Assembly: GCF_008065095.1 (NCBI RefSeq)
Contig: NZ_CP042911.1
Location: 3,240,001 to 3,272,000, forward strand
Direction: 5' to 3'
DNA length: 32,000 nt
Source of the DNA: Gemmata obscuriglobus
GTDB lineage: Bacteria > Planctomycetota > Planctomycetia > Gemmatales > Gemmataceae
Both the position numbers and the translations under genes were made by a program. The notes beneath the pieces are model-generated. The model ran no database searches, was not told the origin of the DNA, and saw only the letters and a program-made list of their open reading frames with translations. Below are positions 18,217 through 26,317 of the stretch, piece after piece; position 1 is the first letter of the stretch, and each line of letters opens with the position of its first letter.

Positions 18217-19515
18217 TCAGCGTCCGGCGTACGTGACGCCCGCGGGGAGCCCCGGCGGCAGCTTCACGACTTTCCGCTTCGGGTTGGTGACGGTGCCGCT
18301 GGTCCGGGCGCCCAGCACGCCGGCCCCGAAGAACAGCACCACGTTCACGCCCGTGAGCACCAGCAGCGACCACCCGAACTGCTTCACGAAAATTACGGCC
18401 AGCAGGTTCAGCAGGGCCAGCGGGATCATGACCTTCCACGCGAGGTTCATGAGCTGGTCGAACCGGAACCGGGGGATGGTCCACCGCACGAACTGGGCGA
18501 ACACGCACAGCGCGACCATTTTGCTCACGAGGATGAGCAGCTTCAGCACCGCGGTGACGATCACGTTCGAGGAGACCGCTTCGAGCCCGAAGAAGCTCCA
18601 CCCGCCGAGGAACAGCACCGCCACCATGAAGCTGCCGGTGACGAGGTGGACGTACTCCGTCAGCAGCATGAGCCCCAGCTTGAGCGAGCTGTACTCGGTG
18701 TGGTAGCCGCCGACCAGCTCCTGCTCGGCTTCGGGGAGGTCGAACGGCAGCCGGCTGCTCTCCGCGTAGCCGCTGGCGAGGAACAGCAGGAACGCGAGCG
18801 GCTGGAATAGGACGAGCCACCAGTTGTTCCCGATCGAGAGCGACGCGGCCAGTTGGCCCAGCACCGCGTCCCCGCTGCTGGCGCCGGCCTGCCAGGCGAT
18901 GATCTTTTCGGGGTTCAGCGACCCCACGATCAGGAACACCCCGAGGACCGACATGCCGAGCGGGATCTCGTAGCTCACGATCTGTGCGGAGCTGCGGAGC
19001 GCGCCGAGGAGCGAGTACTTGTTGTTCGCGCTCCACCCGGCCAGGATCACGCCGTACACCGCCAGCGACCCGAGGGCGAAGATGTACAGCACGCCGATGT
19101 CCAGGCCCGGCGCGATCGCGAAGTTGACGCTTTCCTGGTACGCCTTCTGTTGCGCCTCGAACGTCGCCACGGCGCCGGGGCCGGCCACGACCGCGTCCGG
19201 CTGCGGGGTTGTCTGGCCGAACGGCACGACCGCCAGCGCCAGCAGCGCCGTCCCCACCGCGACCGCCGGGGCGAGCAGGTAGAAGACCTTGTCGACGTGG
19301 TCGGGGATGACCTCTTCCTTCAGGAAGAACTTCCCGCCGTCGGCGAGCGGCTGGAGCAGCCCGCCGGGGCCGACGCGGTTCGGCCCGACGCGGTCCTGCA
19401 TCCAGGCGGAGATCTTGCGCTCGCCCAGCGTGAGGTACCCGCACACGCCCAGCACGCCGCCGATGAGGCCGACGATCAGAATCGCGGTGATGACAAGGGG
19501 GTCGAGGGTCGGCAT
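18217..19515 (-). CDS. nuoH: NADH-quinone oxidoreductase subunit H (enlarged, 432 aa)
   Basis: ND1/NuoH signature: LTLGERKISAWMQDRVGPNRVGPGGLLQPLADGGKFFLKE, and later ESSRLPFDLPEAEQELVGGYHTEYS. Start placed at ATG 19515 (MPTLDPLVITAIL...). The upstream 25 codons look non-coding. Confidence 0.9.
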   Translation of the reverse strand: MPTLDPLVITAILIVGLIGGVLGVCGYLTLGERKISAWMQDRVGPNRVGPGGLLQPLADGGKFFLKEEVIPDHVDKVFYLLAPAVAVGTALLALAVVPFGQTTPQPDAVVAGPGAVATFEAQQKAYQESVNFAIAPGLDIGVLYIFALGSLAVYGVILAGWSANNKYSLLGALRSSAQIVSYEIPLGMSVLGVFLIVGSLNPEKIIAWQAGASSGDAVLGQLAASLSIGNNWWLVLFQPLAFLLFLASGYAESSRLPFDLPEAEQELVGGYHTEYSSLKLGLMLLTEYVHLVTGSFMVAVLFLGGWSFFGLEAVSSNVIVTAVLKLLILVSKMVALCVFAQFVRWTIPRFRFDQLMNLAWKVMIPLALLNLLAVIFVKQFGWSLLVLTGVNVVLFFGAGVLGARTSGTVTNPKRKVVKLPPGLPAGVTYAGR

Positions 19516-19536
19516 GGTGTCTCGGTCTTGGCGAGC

Positions 19537-19554
19537 GGGGGGCGTCAGCCCCCC
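19537..19554 (-). other. G6/C6 stem-loop in the 108-nt nuoG-nuoH spacer
   Basis: gggggg-cgtcag-cccccc, read directly from the sequence. Confidence 0.4.
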
Positions 19555-19623
19555 GAGTTCTCGTTTACGAACACGCAGTCGTCGGGCCACGAAGGTCGTG
19601 TGAAACCGGTCTGCGTCGCGGGC

Positions 19624-21330
19624 TTACGCCCCTCGCTGGCCGGCGACTTCCAGCGCCAGCCGCGTTTCCGGGGCCAACGCGCCGAAGAACGGCACCGCCT
19701 TCGCAAGTTCCTTGCGCACCGCGTCGGGTTGCACCAGCCCGCGCCGCCCCAGCAGGTCGAAGGCGAGCTGGAGTTCCGTCCGCGCCTCGACCGGCGGCTT
19801 CGCGGCCCGCGGGAAGGTCTGCACGTAGTTCGCGTGGTTCACGAACGTGCCGTCCTTCTCGAAGCCGGTCGTCGCCGGCAGGATGTACTTTGCCGAGGCG
19901 GTCACCACCGTCGGCAGGAGGTCCTGCGCGACCAGCAGCGCGGGCGCCTTCCAGCCGGTCGGCACGAGGGCGTCGAGGTGTGACTTATCGGGATAGCCGC
20001 CGCAGAACCACATCGCCGCGAGACTTTCGCCCGCAACGGTCGCGAACGGGATGACGGCGCCCTGGAGCTGCTTCAGCACCTCTTCGACGCCGCGGCGGTT
20101 CGGGGCCTTCTCCGCGCGGATGGTGAACTTGACGGGTTCAACGGATTCGCCGCGCACGTTCTTGGGGTACTTGTCGTCCTCGCCCACCACGGGGACCGGC
20201 CCGAGCACCAGCCGCACGTCCGGGGCGAGTGACTTGAAATAGCTCCCGAGCAGGAACGCCTCTTCCGCGGTCAGGAACGGCGACAGGACCGCGACCACGC
20301 CCTTCGGGGAGGTCTTCACGGCGTCGGCGAACTCCTGCTTGATCTGCGGTAGGAGGGCGCTCCACGGCACCGGCTTGAACTTCCCCTCGACCTTCGCCAG
20401 GGGGCGCACGAACCGCTCGCCGCTGTTGGCGTGGTGGTACCCGTACCGCCCCTCGTCGCAGATGAAGTGCCCCTGCGCCTCGGGGTTGTGCCGCGCGCGG
20501 ACGCGGTACACGATGTCCTTGTTCGTGTCGTTGTAGGTGCTGCAACCGGTCGAGCAGCGGTTGCACACGCCGTCGGTGGTCTTGAGGTACCACACCCGCT
20601 GCTTGTAGAGGAAGTCCTTGCTGCCGAGCGCGCCGACGGGGCACAGGTCCACGACGTTCCCGGCGAGCTTGTTCTCCAGCGGCCGCCCCGGGAAGACGTC
20701 GATCTCCTCGTGGTGCCCGCGGCCGACCACCTGCAACTCCGACGTGCCGGAGATCTCGCGGGTGAACCGCACGCACCGGGTGCAGAGGATGCACCGGTCG
20801 GTGAACAGGGTGATTTTGCTGGACAGGTGCGGCTTGTTCGGCGGCGCGTTCTTTACGTCCACCATGCGCGACTCGGACCGCCCGTACTTGAACGAGAAGT
20901 CCTGCAGCTTGCACTCGCCCGCCTTGTCGCACACCGGGCAGTCGAGCGGGTGGTTCAGCAGCAGCCCTTCGAGCGTGTCCGCCTGCGACTTCTTGGCCCG
21001 CTCGCCGGGCGCGGCGGCCTTCGTGTAGCTCGGTTCGTAGGGCAGCACGGGCAGCGCCCGGTCGCGCTTGTCGTACTCGCCCGTGATGATGACGGTCCCG
21101 TCCTTCACGGGCGTCTGGCACCCGGGAACGACCTTGGGCTGCATGGTGACCTTGCCGTCCTTCAGGTCGCCGACCTCGACGAGGCACATGCGGCACGACG
21201 CGACGACGGACAGTGCCTCGTGCCAGCAGTAGTGGGGCACAAACACGCCGGCCAGCTCCGCCGCCTGCACGCAGTTGAGCCGCTTGGCGCCGATCTCGAC
21301 CGGCTTGTCGTTGACGTAGACCGTCGGCAT
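19624..21330 (-). CDS. nuoG: NADH-quinone oxidoreductase subunit G (short form, 568 aa)
   Basis: N-terminal 2Fe-2S ferredoxin-like Cys pattern (...YCWHEALSVVASCRMCLVEV...C), HPLDCPVCDKAGECKLQ, CILCTRCVRF...C and CNRCSTGCS cluster motifs. These are followed by a shortened molybdopterin-oxidoreductase-like region. Confidence 0.85.
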   Translation of the reverse strand: MPTVYVNDKPVEIGAKRLNCVQAAELAGVFVPHYCWHEALSVVASCRMCLVEVGDLKDGKVTMQPKVVPGCQTPVKDGTVIITGEYDKRDRALPVLPYEPSYTKAAAPGERAKKSQADTLEGLLLNHPLDCPVCDKAGECKLQDFSFKYGRSESRMVDVKNAPPNKPHLSSKITLFTDRCILCTRCVRFTREISGTSELQVVGRGHHEEIDVFPGRPLENKLAGNVVDLCPVGALGSKDFLYKQRVWYLKTTDGVCNRCSTGCSTYNDTNKDIVYRVRARHNPEAQGHFICDEGRYGYHHANSGERFVRPLAKVEGKFKPVPWSALLPQIKQEFADAVKTSPKGVVAVLSPFLTAEEAFLLGSYFKSLAPDVRLVLGPVPVVGEDDKYPKNVRGESVEPVKFTIRAEKAPNRRGVEEVLKQLQGAVIPFATVAGESLAAMWFCGGYPDKSHLDALVPTGWKAPALLVAQDLLPTVVTASAKYILPATTGFEKDGTFVNHANYVQTFPRAAKPPVEARTELQLAFDLLGRRGLVQPDAVRKELAKAVPFFGALAPETRLALEVAGQRGA

Positions 21331-21384
21331 CTCGTAAGCCCAGAGGACAGAGGTCAGAGATCCGAGATCAGTGGGACGAGCGAC

Positions 21385-21402
21385 GGGGCGGTTAGCCGCC
21401 CC
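21385..21402 (-). other. tight GC stem-loop in the spacer between the Pro-rich lipoprotein gene and nuoG
   Basis: ggggcgg-ttag-ccgcccc gives a 7-bp stem and a tetraloop. The mRNA-sense sequence that follows is not U-rich. Confidence 0.4.
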
Positions 21403-21431
21403 CCGATGCCCGTCCCCTGACCCCTTGCCTG

Positions 21432-22187
21432 TTATTTCCCGAGCCGCTGCTTTAACTCGTCGGCGGTGAGCCGCTCGACCCCGTTCTGGCTGACCACCAG
21501 CCCGCCCTTGAGGTACGCGTTGGCCTCGAACGCCCAGACGCTTTCACGCTCCCGGGTGCCGGTCAGGACGATGGTCCCGTCCTTCACCAGCGCCGCCGTT
21601 GGCGCTCTCGCTGCCACCAGCGCCTCGTAGATCTCGGCCCCGGAGGGCATCTTTCCGCCCGCCAGGGACGCGGTGTCGATGAACAACTGAAGGTCACGCA
21701 TGTCGGCCATCGCGACCACCCGCCTTGCGGCCCCGAGGGGCGTGTTGCCGGCCGGGGCGAGAGCCTGCACCGGGTTCCCCACCGCCGGCATCGGCATCGG
21801 CTGGGACTTTGCCGGGGCCGGGTTCGCACCACCTCCTGGAGTGGGTGGGGCGACCGGTGGCGTCATCGGTTGCGCCGCACCCGACTGATCCACTTGCGCC
21901 CCGTCCGCCGGTGGCTGAGCGCCGCCGGCGGGTGCCCCCACGTTCCAGGGCTGCTTGCCGCCGCCCGTCGTACCGTCAACTGGGAGCTGATCCCTTTTCG
22001 GCCGCCCCCGTTCGTCCTTCAGCCAGTTCGGCTCGTCCTTCGTGTCCGGTTTTTCGGCCACGGTCGGAGTTGCGGGGGCCGGTTTGACGCCGACCTCGTC
22101 GCGTGCCGGTCCCGTGTCTCTCGCCCCCCGCTTGCACCCCACAAGGAGAAGCAAGCAGACGCCCACCGTCAGGATTCGCGGACGCAT
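21432..22187 (-). CDS. hypothetical lipoprotein with a Pro/Ala/Gly-rich linker and a ~100-aa C-terminal globular domain, embedded in the nuo operon
   Basis: MRPRILTVGVCLLLLVGC has a good lipobox (L-V-G-C). A low-complexity region follows: PAPATPTVAEKPD...PPVAPPTPGGGANPAPAKSQPMPMP. The C-terminal domain is MADMRDLQLFIDTASLAGGKMPSG...VVSQNGVERLTADELKQRL. GAGG lies 7 nt before the ATG. Same strand as nuo, 16 nt after the preceding ORF. Confidence 0.7.
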   Translation of the reverse strand: MRPRILTVGVCLLLLVGCKRGARDTGPARDEVGVKPAPATPTVAEKPDTKDEPNWLKDERGRPKRDQLPVDGTTGGGKQPWNVGAPAGGAQPPADGAQVDQSGAAQPMTPPVAPPTPGGGANPAPAKSQPMPMPAVGNPVQALAPAGNTPLGAARRVVAMADMRDLQLFIDTASLAGGKMPSGAEIYEALVAARAPTAALVKDGTIVLTGTRERESVWAFEANAYLKGGLVVSQNGVERLTADELKQRLGK

Positions 22188-22203
22188 GGCGACACCTCGC
22201 GGG

Positions 22204-22587
22204 TCAGTGCTGGATGCCGCGAAAGGCCGACATCAGCAGCACGAAACCGATCAGCACCACGAGACCGCCGTACCCGATCAAGCTCGCCACCACCCCGGCC
22301 AAACTGAGCAGCGCTAGTCTCGCACGCTCGCGAGCCGTTCCGGCTGCGTCGTCCGCCGTGCTCTCCAGCGCGTCCGTCGCGAGGCCGATCACGACGAACA
22401 GGCCGAGCAGCACGCACGCCGCGCCGAAACCGAGCGCGCCCCAGAAGAGCACGTCCCCCCCAGGTTCGAGGCGACCGGCAGCGGCGAGGAGCGCCACCAC
22501 GGTCACCCAAGCGGCGAGCGGCGACCAGACCGCGAACCACGCGTTCCACCAGTGAGCCGCCGGCGGGCGCGGTGCACTATCGGTCAC
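22204..22587 (-). CDS. small hypothetical membrane protein (3-4 predicted TM segments) embedded in the nuo operon
   Basis: Hydrophobic stretches: WFAVWSPLAAWVTVVALLAAA, VLFWGALGFGAACVLLGLFVVIGL, LALLSLAGVVASLIGYGGLVVLIGFVLLMSAF. Third codon positions are strongly GC-biased. Start placed at GTG 22587, 7 nt after GGAGGG (22600-22595). GTG 22614 is an alternative. The ORF-track start at 22749 would overlap nuoF. Confidence 0.6.
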   Translation of the reverse strand: MTDSAPRPPAAHWWNAWFAVWSPLAAWVTVVALLAAAGRLEPGGDVLFWGALGFGAACVLLGLFVVIGLATDALESTADDAAGTARERARLALLSLAGVVASLIGYGGLVVLIGFVLLMSAFRGIQH

Positions 22588-22637
22588 TTCGGAGCCCTCC
22601 GCGGGAGCGGCCACCGGACCCGTACCGGGAGCCCGGC

Positions 22638-24005
22638 TCAGTGCGCCCCTGCCATCGTGAGCGACTTCGCGTACTTGCTCTTCGCGCCACTCTTGATCGC
22701 GGCCTCGAACTCCGCGCGGAACTTGCGGATCGCCGTCTTCACCGGCCACCCGGCGCCGTCGGACAGCCCGCAGATGGTCGTCCCGGGCATGATCCCGATC
22801 CGGTCCGCGACGTCAACAAGAATGTCGAGGTCTTCTTTGCGGCCGAGCCCGCGGCGGAGGCGGTCGGTGATCTTGAGCATCCACCCGGTGCCCTCGCGGC
22901 ACGGGGTGCACTGCCCGCAGCTCTCGTGGCTGAAGAACTGGCACACGTTGTGGAGCACGTCGACCATGCTGGTCTGGTCGTCGATCACGGTGACGGCCGC
23001 GGTGCCGAGCCCGAGGCACTGCACTCGCCCGGGGCCGTTGAAGTCCAGCGGGATGTCGTACTCGGTCTTGCCGTCCTCGCCCTTGAGCGGCGCGTTCACG
23101 TCCACGAATCCCATTGAGAGGCCGCCGGGGTTGACCGCCTTCGCCTTGCGGCCCTTCCACACGCCGCCGCCGTGCTTCTCGACGAGGTCGCGGATCGTGA
23201 TGCCCATCGGCACCTCGACGCAGACCGACTTCTCGACGTGCCCGGCCAGCGTGTAGAGCTTGGGGCCGTAGCTGCCGGCGTCGCGCGGGTTCTTCGGGTC
23301 GGGCGGCACGCCGAGCGACTGGAACCACTCCTTGCCGCGCTTCATGATCTGCGTGACGCACGCGAGTGTTTCGACGTTGTTCACGATCGTCGGCTTGCGG
23401 AACGCGCCCTCGATCGCGGGGAAGGGGGGCTTGATGCGCGGCCAAGCCCGCTTGCCCTCCAGCGACTCGATGAGGCCCGTCTCCTCGCCGCAGATGTACG
23501 CCCCGGCGCCGCGGTGCAGGACGATGTCGAGGTCGAAGCTGCTGCCGAAGATCCCCTTGCCGAGGAACCCGGCGGCGTACAGCTCTTCGACGGCCGCGGC
23601 GAGCGAGCGGTACGAGTCGCCGTACTCGTAGCGGACGTAGTAGAACGCCTTCGGGGACTTGATCGCGTAGCACGCGAGCATGATCCCTTCGAGCACCTGA
23701 TGGGGATCCTTCTCCATCAGGATGCGGTTGTTGTACGTGCAGGGCTCGGACTCGTCGGCGTTGACGCACAGGTAGACCGGCCCGGGGTGGTCCTTCGGGA
23801 GGAAGGTCCACTTGAGGCCGGTCGGGAAGCCCGCGCCGCCGCGCCCGCGGAGCCCGGCGTCCTTCACCTGCGTGGTGACGTCGAGCGGCTGCTTGTCCTT
23901 GAGCACCCGCGCGATGGTCTCGTAGCCGCCGTCGGCGCGGTACCCCTCCAGCTTGCCGCTGTTGGGCTTGTTGATCCGCGCGAGGAGTACGGGTTCGTAT
24001 GGCAT
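22638..24005 (-). CDS. nuoF: NADH-quinone oxidoreductase subunit F (FMN/NADH-binding, 4Fe-4S)
   Basis: GLRGRGGAGFPTG, GAGAYICGEETGLIESLEG and ESCGQCTPCREG motifs are present. Confidence 0.95.
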   Translation of the reverse strand: MPYEPVLLARINKPNSGKLEGYRADGGYETIARVLKDKQPLDVTTQVKDAGLRGRGGAGFPTGLKWTFLPKDHPGPVYLCVNADESEPCTYNNRILMEKDPHQVLEGIMLACYAIKSPKAFYYVRYEYGDSYRSLAAAVEELYAAGFLGKGIFGSSFDLDIVLHRGAGAYICGEETGLIESLEGKRAWPRIKPPFPAIEGAFRKPTIVNNVETLACVTQIMKRGKEWFQSLGVPPDPKNPRDAGSYGPKLYTLAGHVEKSVCVEVPMGITIRDLVEKHGGGVWKGRKAKAVNPGGLSMGFVDVNAPLKGEDGKTEYDIPLDFNGPGRVQCLGLGTAAVTVIDDQTSMVDVLHNVCQFFSHESCGQCTPCREGTGWMLKITDRLRRGLGRKEDLDILVDVADRIGIMPGTTICGLSDGAGWPVKTAIRKFRAEFEAAIKSGAKSKYAKSLTMAGAH

Positions 24006-24008
24006 GGC

Positions 24009-24491
24009 TTACTTCAGCTTCAGTTCGGTGATGAGCTGGTCGGCCTTCTCGGGCGTCACGTTCATCGCGTGAACGTCTTCGATGAGGCACGCCGGGGCGC
24101 CGTCGCAGGCGCCGATGCACTCGGCGAACTCCAGCGTGACCTTCCCGTCGGCGGTGGTCTGCCCGCAGTGAACGCCAAGCTTGTGCTCGCAGTGCTCGAT
24201 CAGCTCGTAGGCGCCGCGGAGCATGCACGCTAGGCCGCGGCACACCCACAGCCGCGTGGTGCCGAGCTTCTCCCCCTCGCCCTTGAAGAAGGCGTAGAAG
24301 GTCATCGTGTCGTGCACCTCCGACGGGTGCAGTTCGAGGATCTCGGCGATCTCGACGATGGCCTCGTTCGACACGGTGCGCAGCTCGTCGTGGACGAGGT
24401 GCAGCGCCGGCAGAGTCACCGCCTGCTTGCGCGGGTACTTCGGGATGAACGCCCGAATGCGGTTCTTCATGTCTTCGGAAAGCGCGGCCAT
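24009..24491 (-). CDS. nuoE: NADH-quinone oxidoreductase subunit E (2Fe-2S)
   Basis: Thioredoxin-like 2Fe-2S pattern: ...LWVCRGLACMLRG... and ...FAECIGACDGAPACLI.... It ends 3 nt before nuoF. Confidence 0.9.
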   Translation of the reverse strand: MAALSEDMKNRIRAFIPKYPRKQAVTLPALHLVHDELRTVSNEAIVEIAEILELHPSEVHDTMTFYAFFKGEGEKLGTTRLWVCRGLACMLRGAYELIEHCEHKLGVHCGQTTADGKVTLEFAECIGACDGAPACLIEDVHAMNVTPEKADQLITELKLK

Positions 24492-24509
24492 TTCGCGACA
24501 CCGTGCAGG

Positions 24510-25007
24510 TTAGCGCCGTTCGAGGGTCAGAAGGTCAGTTTTCGGAGCAGATGTCGAAGCGAGCCCGGCCGGAAACCCAGCGTTCGGGTTATCGTCTACT
24601 GACAGGCACAGCCGCAGTTTCGTGCCGTCGATCTCGTACACCGCTTTGATCGGCGGAGTACCCGGCTTACTGATCGTCATCCGCTTGGGTGCGGCCGATG
24701 CGTCGAGAACAAATGTCCCCGGCCCGGCCGGACGATCGGGCCGTTTTGTCGTGACTCGGTTGCCCTCGAAGGTCCACTCCAATTGGATCGCATCCACTTT
24801 CTCTTTCGGAACAGGTTCCCCGGCCGCGGTAATGGCCGTGACCCGCCAAGTTCCGTTGAGCTTCTCAGCGTCGGCGTCAACCTTTGACTGTGGGGCCGGA
24901 ACCTGCTCGGTCGGTGATGGGGGCTGCCCCACCGAAGTCGGCGCAGAGGTCCGTTTGCCGCAACCGCTCGCAAACGCGAGCACACACACGCATAGGAGAC
25001 GAGTCAT
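24510..25007 (-). CDS. lipoprotein with a TIGR03067-like (Planctomycetes-type, lipocalin-like) domain, embedded between nuoD and nuoE
   Basis: MTRLLCVCVLAFASGC is a signal with a lipobox-like motif. The domain reads LNGTWRVTAITAAGEPVPKEKVDAIQLEWTFEGNRVT...KAVYEIDGTKLRLCL. Its ATG overlaps the nuoD stop as ATGA (25004-25007), with GGAG 8 nt upstream. The ORF-track N-terminal extension overlaps nuoD and is rejected. Confidence 0.65.
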   Translation of the reverse strand: MTRLLCVCVLAFASGCGKRTSAPTSVGQPPSPTEQVPAPQSKVDADAEKLNGTWRVTAITAAGEPVPKEKVDAIQLEWTFEGNRVTTKRPDRPAGPGTFVLDASAAPKRMTISKPGTPPIKAVYEIDGTKLRLCLSVDDNPNAGFPAGLASTSAPKTDLLTLERR

Positions 25008-26233
25008 CGGTCCAACTCCGCAGCAATGATGTTCAGGCTGCCGAGGACCGCTGGCACGTCGGAAATCTGGTGCCCCTCCATCATCATCGGGAAGACCGCG
25101 AAGTGGATGAAGGACGGCGGCCGGGTCCGCGCCCGGAACGCCTTCCCGGTCCCGTCCGCGACGAGGTAGAACCCGAGTTCGCCGTTGGCTGTCTCGTTGG
25201 CCCCGTACACCTCTTCCACCGGCGTCTCCCACCGGCGGTTCCACATAAACAGTTCGAAGTGCTGGATCAGCCCCTCAATGCTGCGGTAGGTCGCGTTCTT
25301 GTCCGGGATCGTGAGCTTGTCGTTCAGGTCCACGTTAACCGGGCCGCTCGGGAGGTTCTCCACGGCGGCGTTGATGATTTTCCAGGACTCCAGCATCTCG
25401 CCCATGCGGACGAGGTAGCGGTTGTAGCAGTCGCCGCCCTTGCCGCACACGATCTTGAACGCGCCGGACAACTCCTTGTACGCAAGGTACGGTTCGTCCT
25501 TGCGGAGGTCGCGGACCACGCCGCTGGCGCGGGCCACCGGGCCGCTGCAACTGGTGTTGATCGCGTCTTCCTTCGACAGCACGCCGATACCCTTGGTGCG
25601 GTCGATGAAGATGCGGTTCCGGTTCAGCAGCCGGCAGATGTCGGCGTGGACCTTGCGGAACGTCTTCACGAAGTCGCGGATCAAGGCCACCACGTCGTCG
25701 TTGACGTCGGCCATCAACCCGCCGACGCGGCAGTAGCTCGGGTGGAACCGCTGCCCGGAGGCAGCTTCCATGATGTTGTACACCTTCTCGCGGGCGTTGA
25801 AGGCGTACAGGAACCCGGTCAGCGCCCCCAGGTCGAGCGCCGCGGCGCCGACGCAGAGGAGGTGGTCGCTGATGCGGGCCAACTCCGCGAGAATGGTGCG
25901 GAGGTACTTGCACCGCGGGGTGAGTTCGATGCCGATGAGCTTTTCGACCGTCGTGAACCACGCGCATTCGTTGGCGAACGGCGAGATGTAGTTCATCCGG
26001 TCGACGATGGTGACGTACTGGTTGAAGTCGAGGTCTTCGCCCAGCTTCTCGAACCCGCTGTGCAGGTACCCGATGTCGGGGACGGCCTTGACGATCGTTT
26101 CGCCGTCGAGGGTGAGAATGAGCCGCAGCGTGGTGTGCGTCGCGGGGTGCTGCGGGCCGAAGTTCAGGGTGTAGAGGAACTCCTGGTCCGCGCCAGCAAT
26201 ATCTTCGACGGGTGCGGCGGTCTCAAGCGGCAT
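25004..26233 (-). CDS. nuoD: NADH-quinone oxidoreductase subunit D (49-kDa)
   Basis: LNFGPQHPATHTTLRLILTLDGE..., ...RVGGLM.D... and the C-terminal ...LGSLNIIAAELDR are typical of NuoD. GAGG lies 7 nt before the ATG. Confidence 0.95.
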   Translation of the reverse strand: MPLETAAPVEDIAGADQEFLYTLNFGPQHPATHTTLRLILTLDGETIVKAVPDIGYLHSGFEKLGEDLDFNQYVTIVDRMNYISPFANECAWFTTVEKLIGIELTPRCKYLRTILAELARISDHLLCVGAAALDLGALTGFLYAFNAREKVYNIMEAASGQRFHPSYCRVGGLMADVNDDVVALIRDFVKTFRKVHADICRLLNRNRIFIDRTKGIGVLSKEDAINTSCSGPVARASGVVRDLRKDEPYLAYKELSGAFKIVCGKGGDCYNRYLVRMGEMLESWKIINAAVENLPSGPVNVDLNDKLTIPDKNATYRSIEGLIQHFELFMWNRRWETPVEEVYGANETANGELGFYLVADGTGKAFRARTRPPSFIHFAVFPMMMEGHQISDVPAVLGSLNIIAAELDR

Positions 26234-26317
26234 TGCACACCTCTTGGCAAACCCCGGCGGTGTCGCCCGGGTGCTGTTCGCTGGCGTTTCATCCCGGCTC
26301 TGCGGCCCGGGCTCCGT

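Noticed and set aside
10803-19983. Series of long plus-strand ORFs opposite nuoN through nuoH (10803-12437, 13760-15133, 15387-16925, 16307-17455, 17893-18810, 18853-19983), plus same-strand off-frame ORFs (10723-11679, 14292-15227, 18182-19444)
   Set aside because: All are shadow frames of clearly identified nuo genes. Their composition is dominated by Arg/Gly/Pro/His/Glu and no domains are recognisable.
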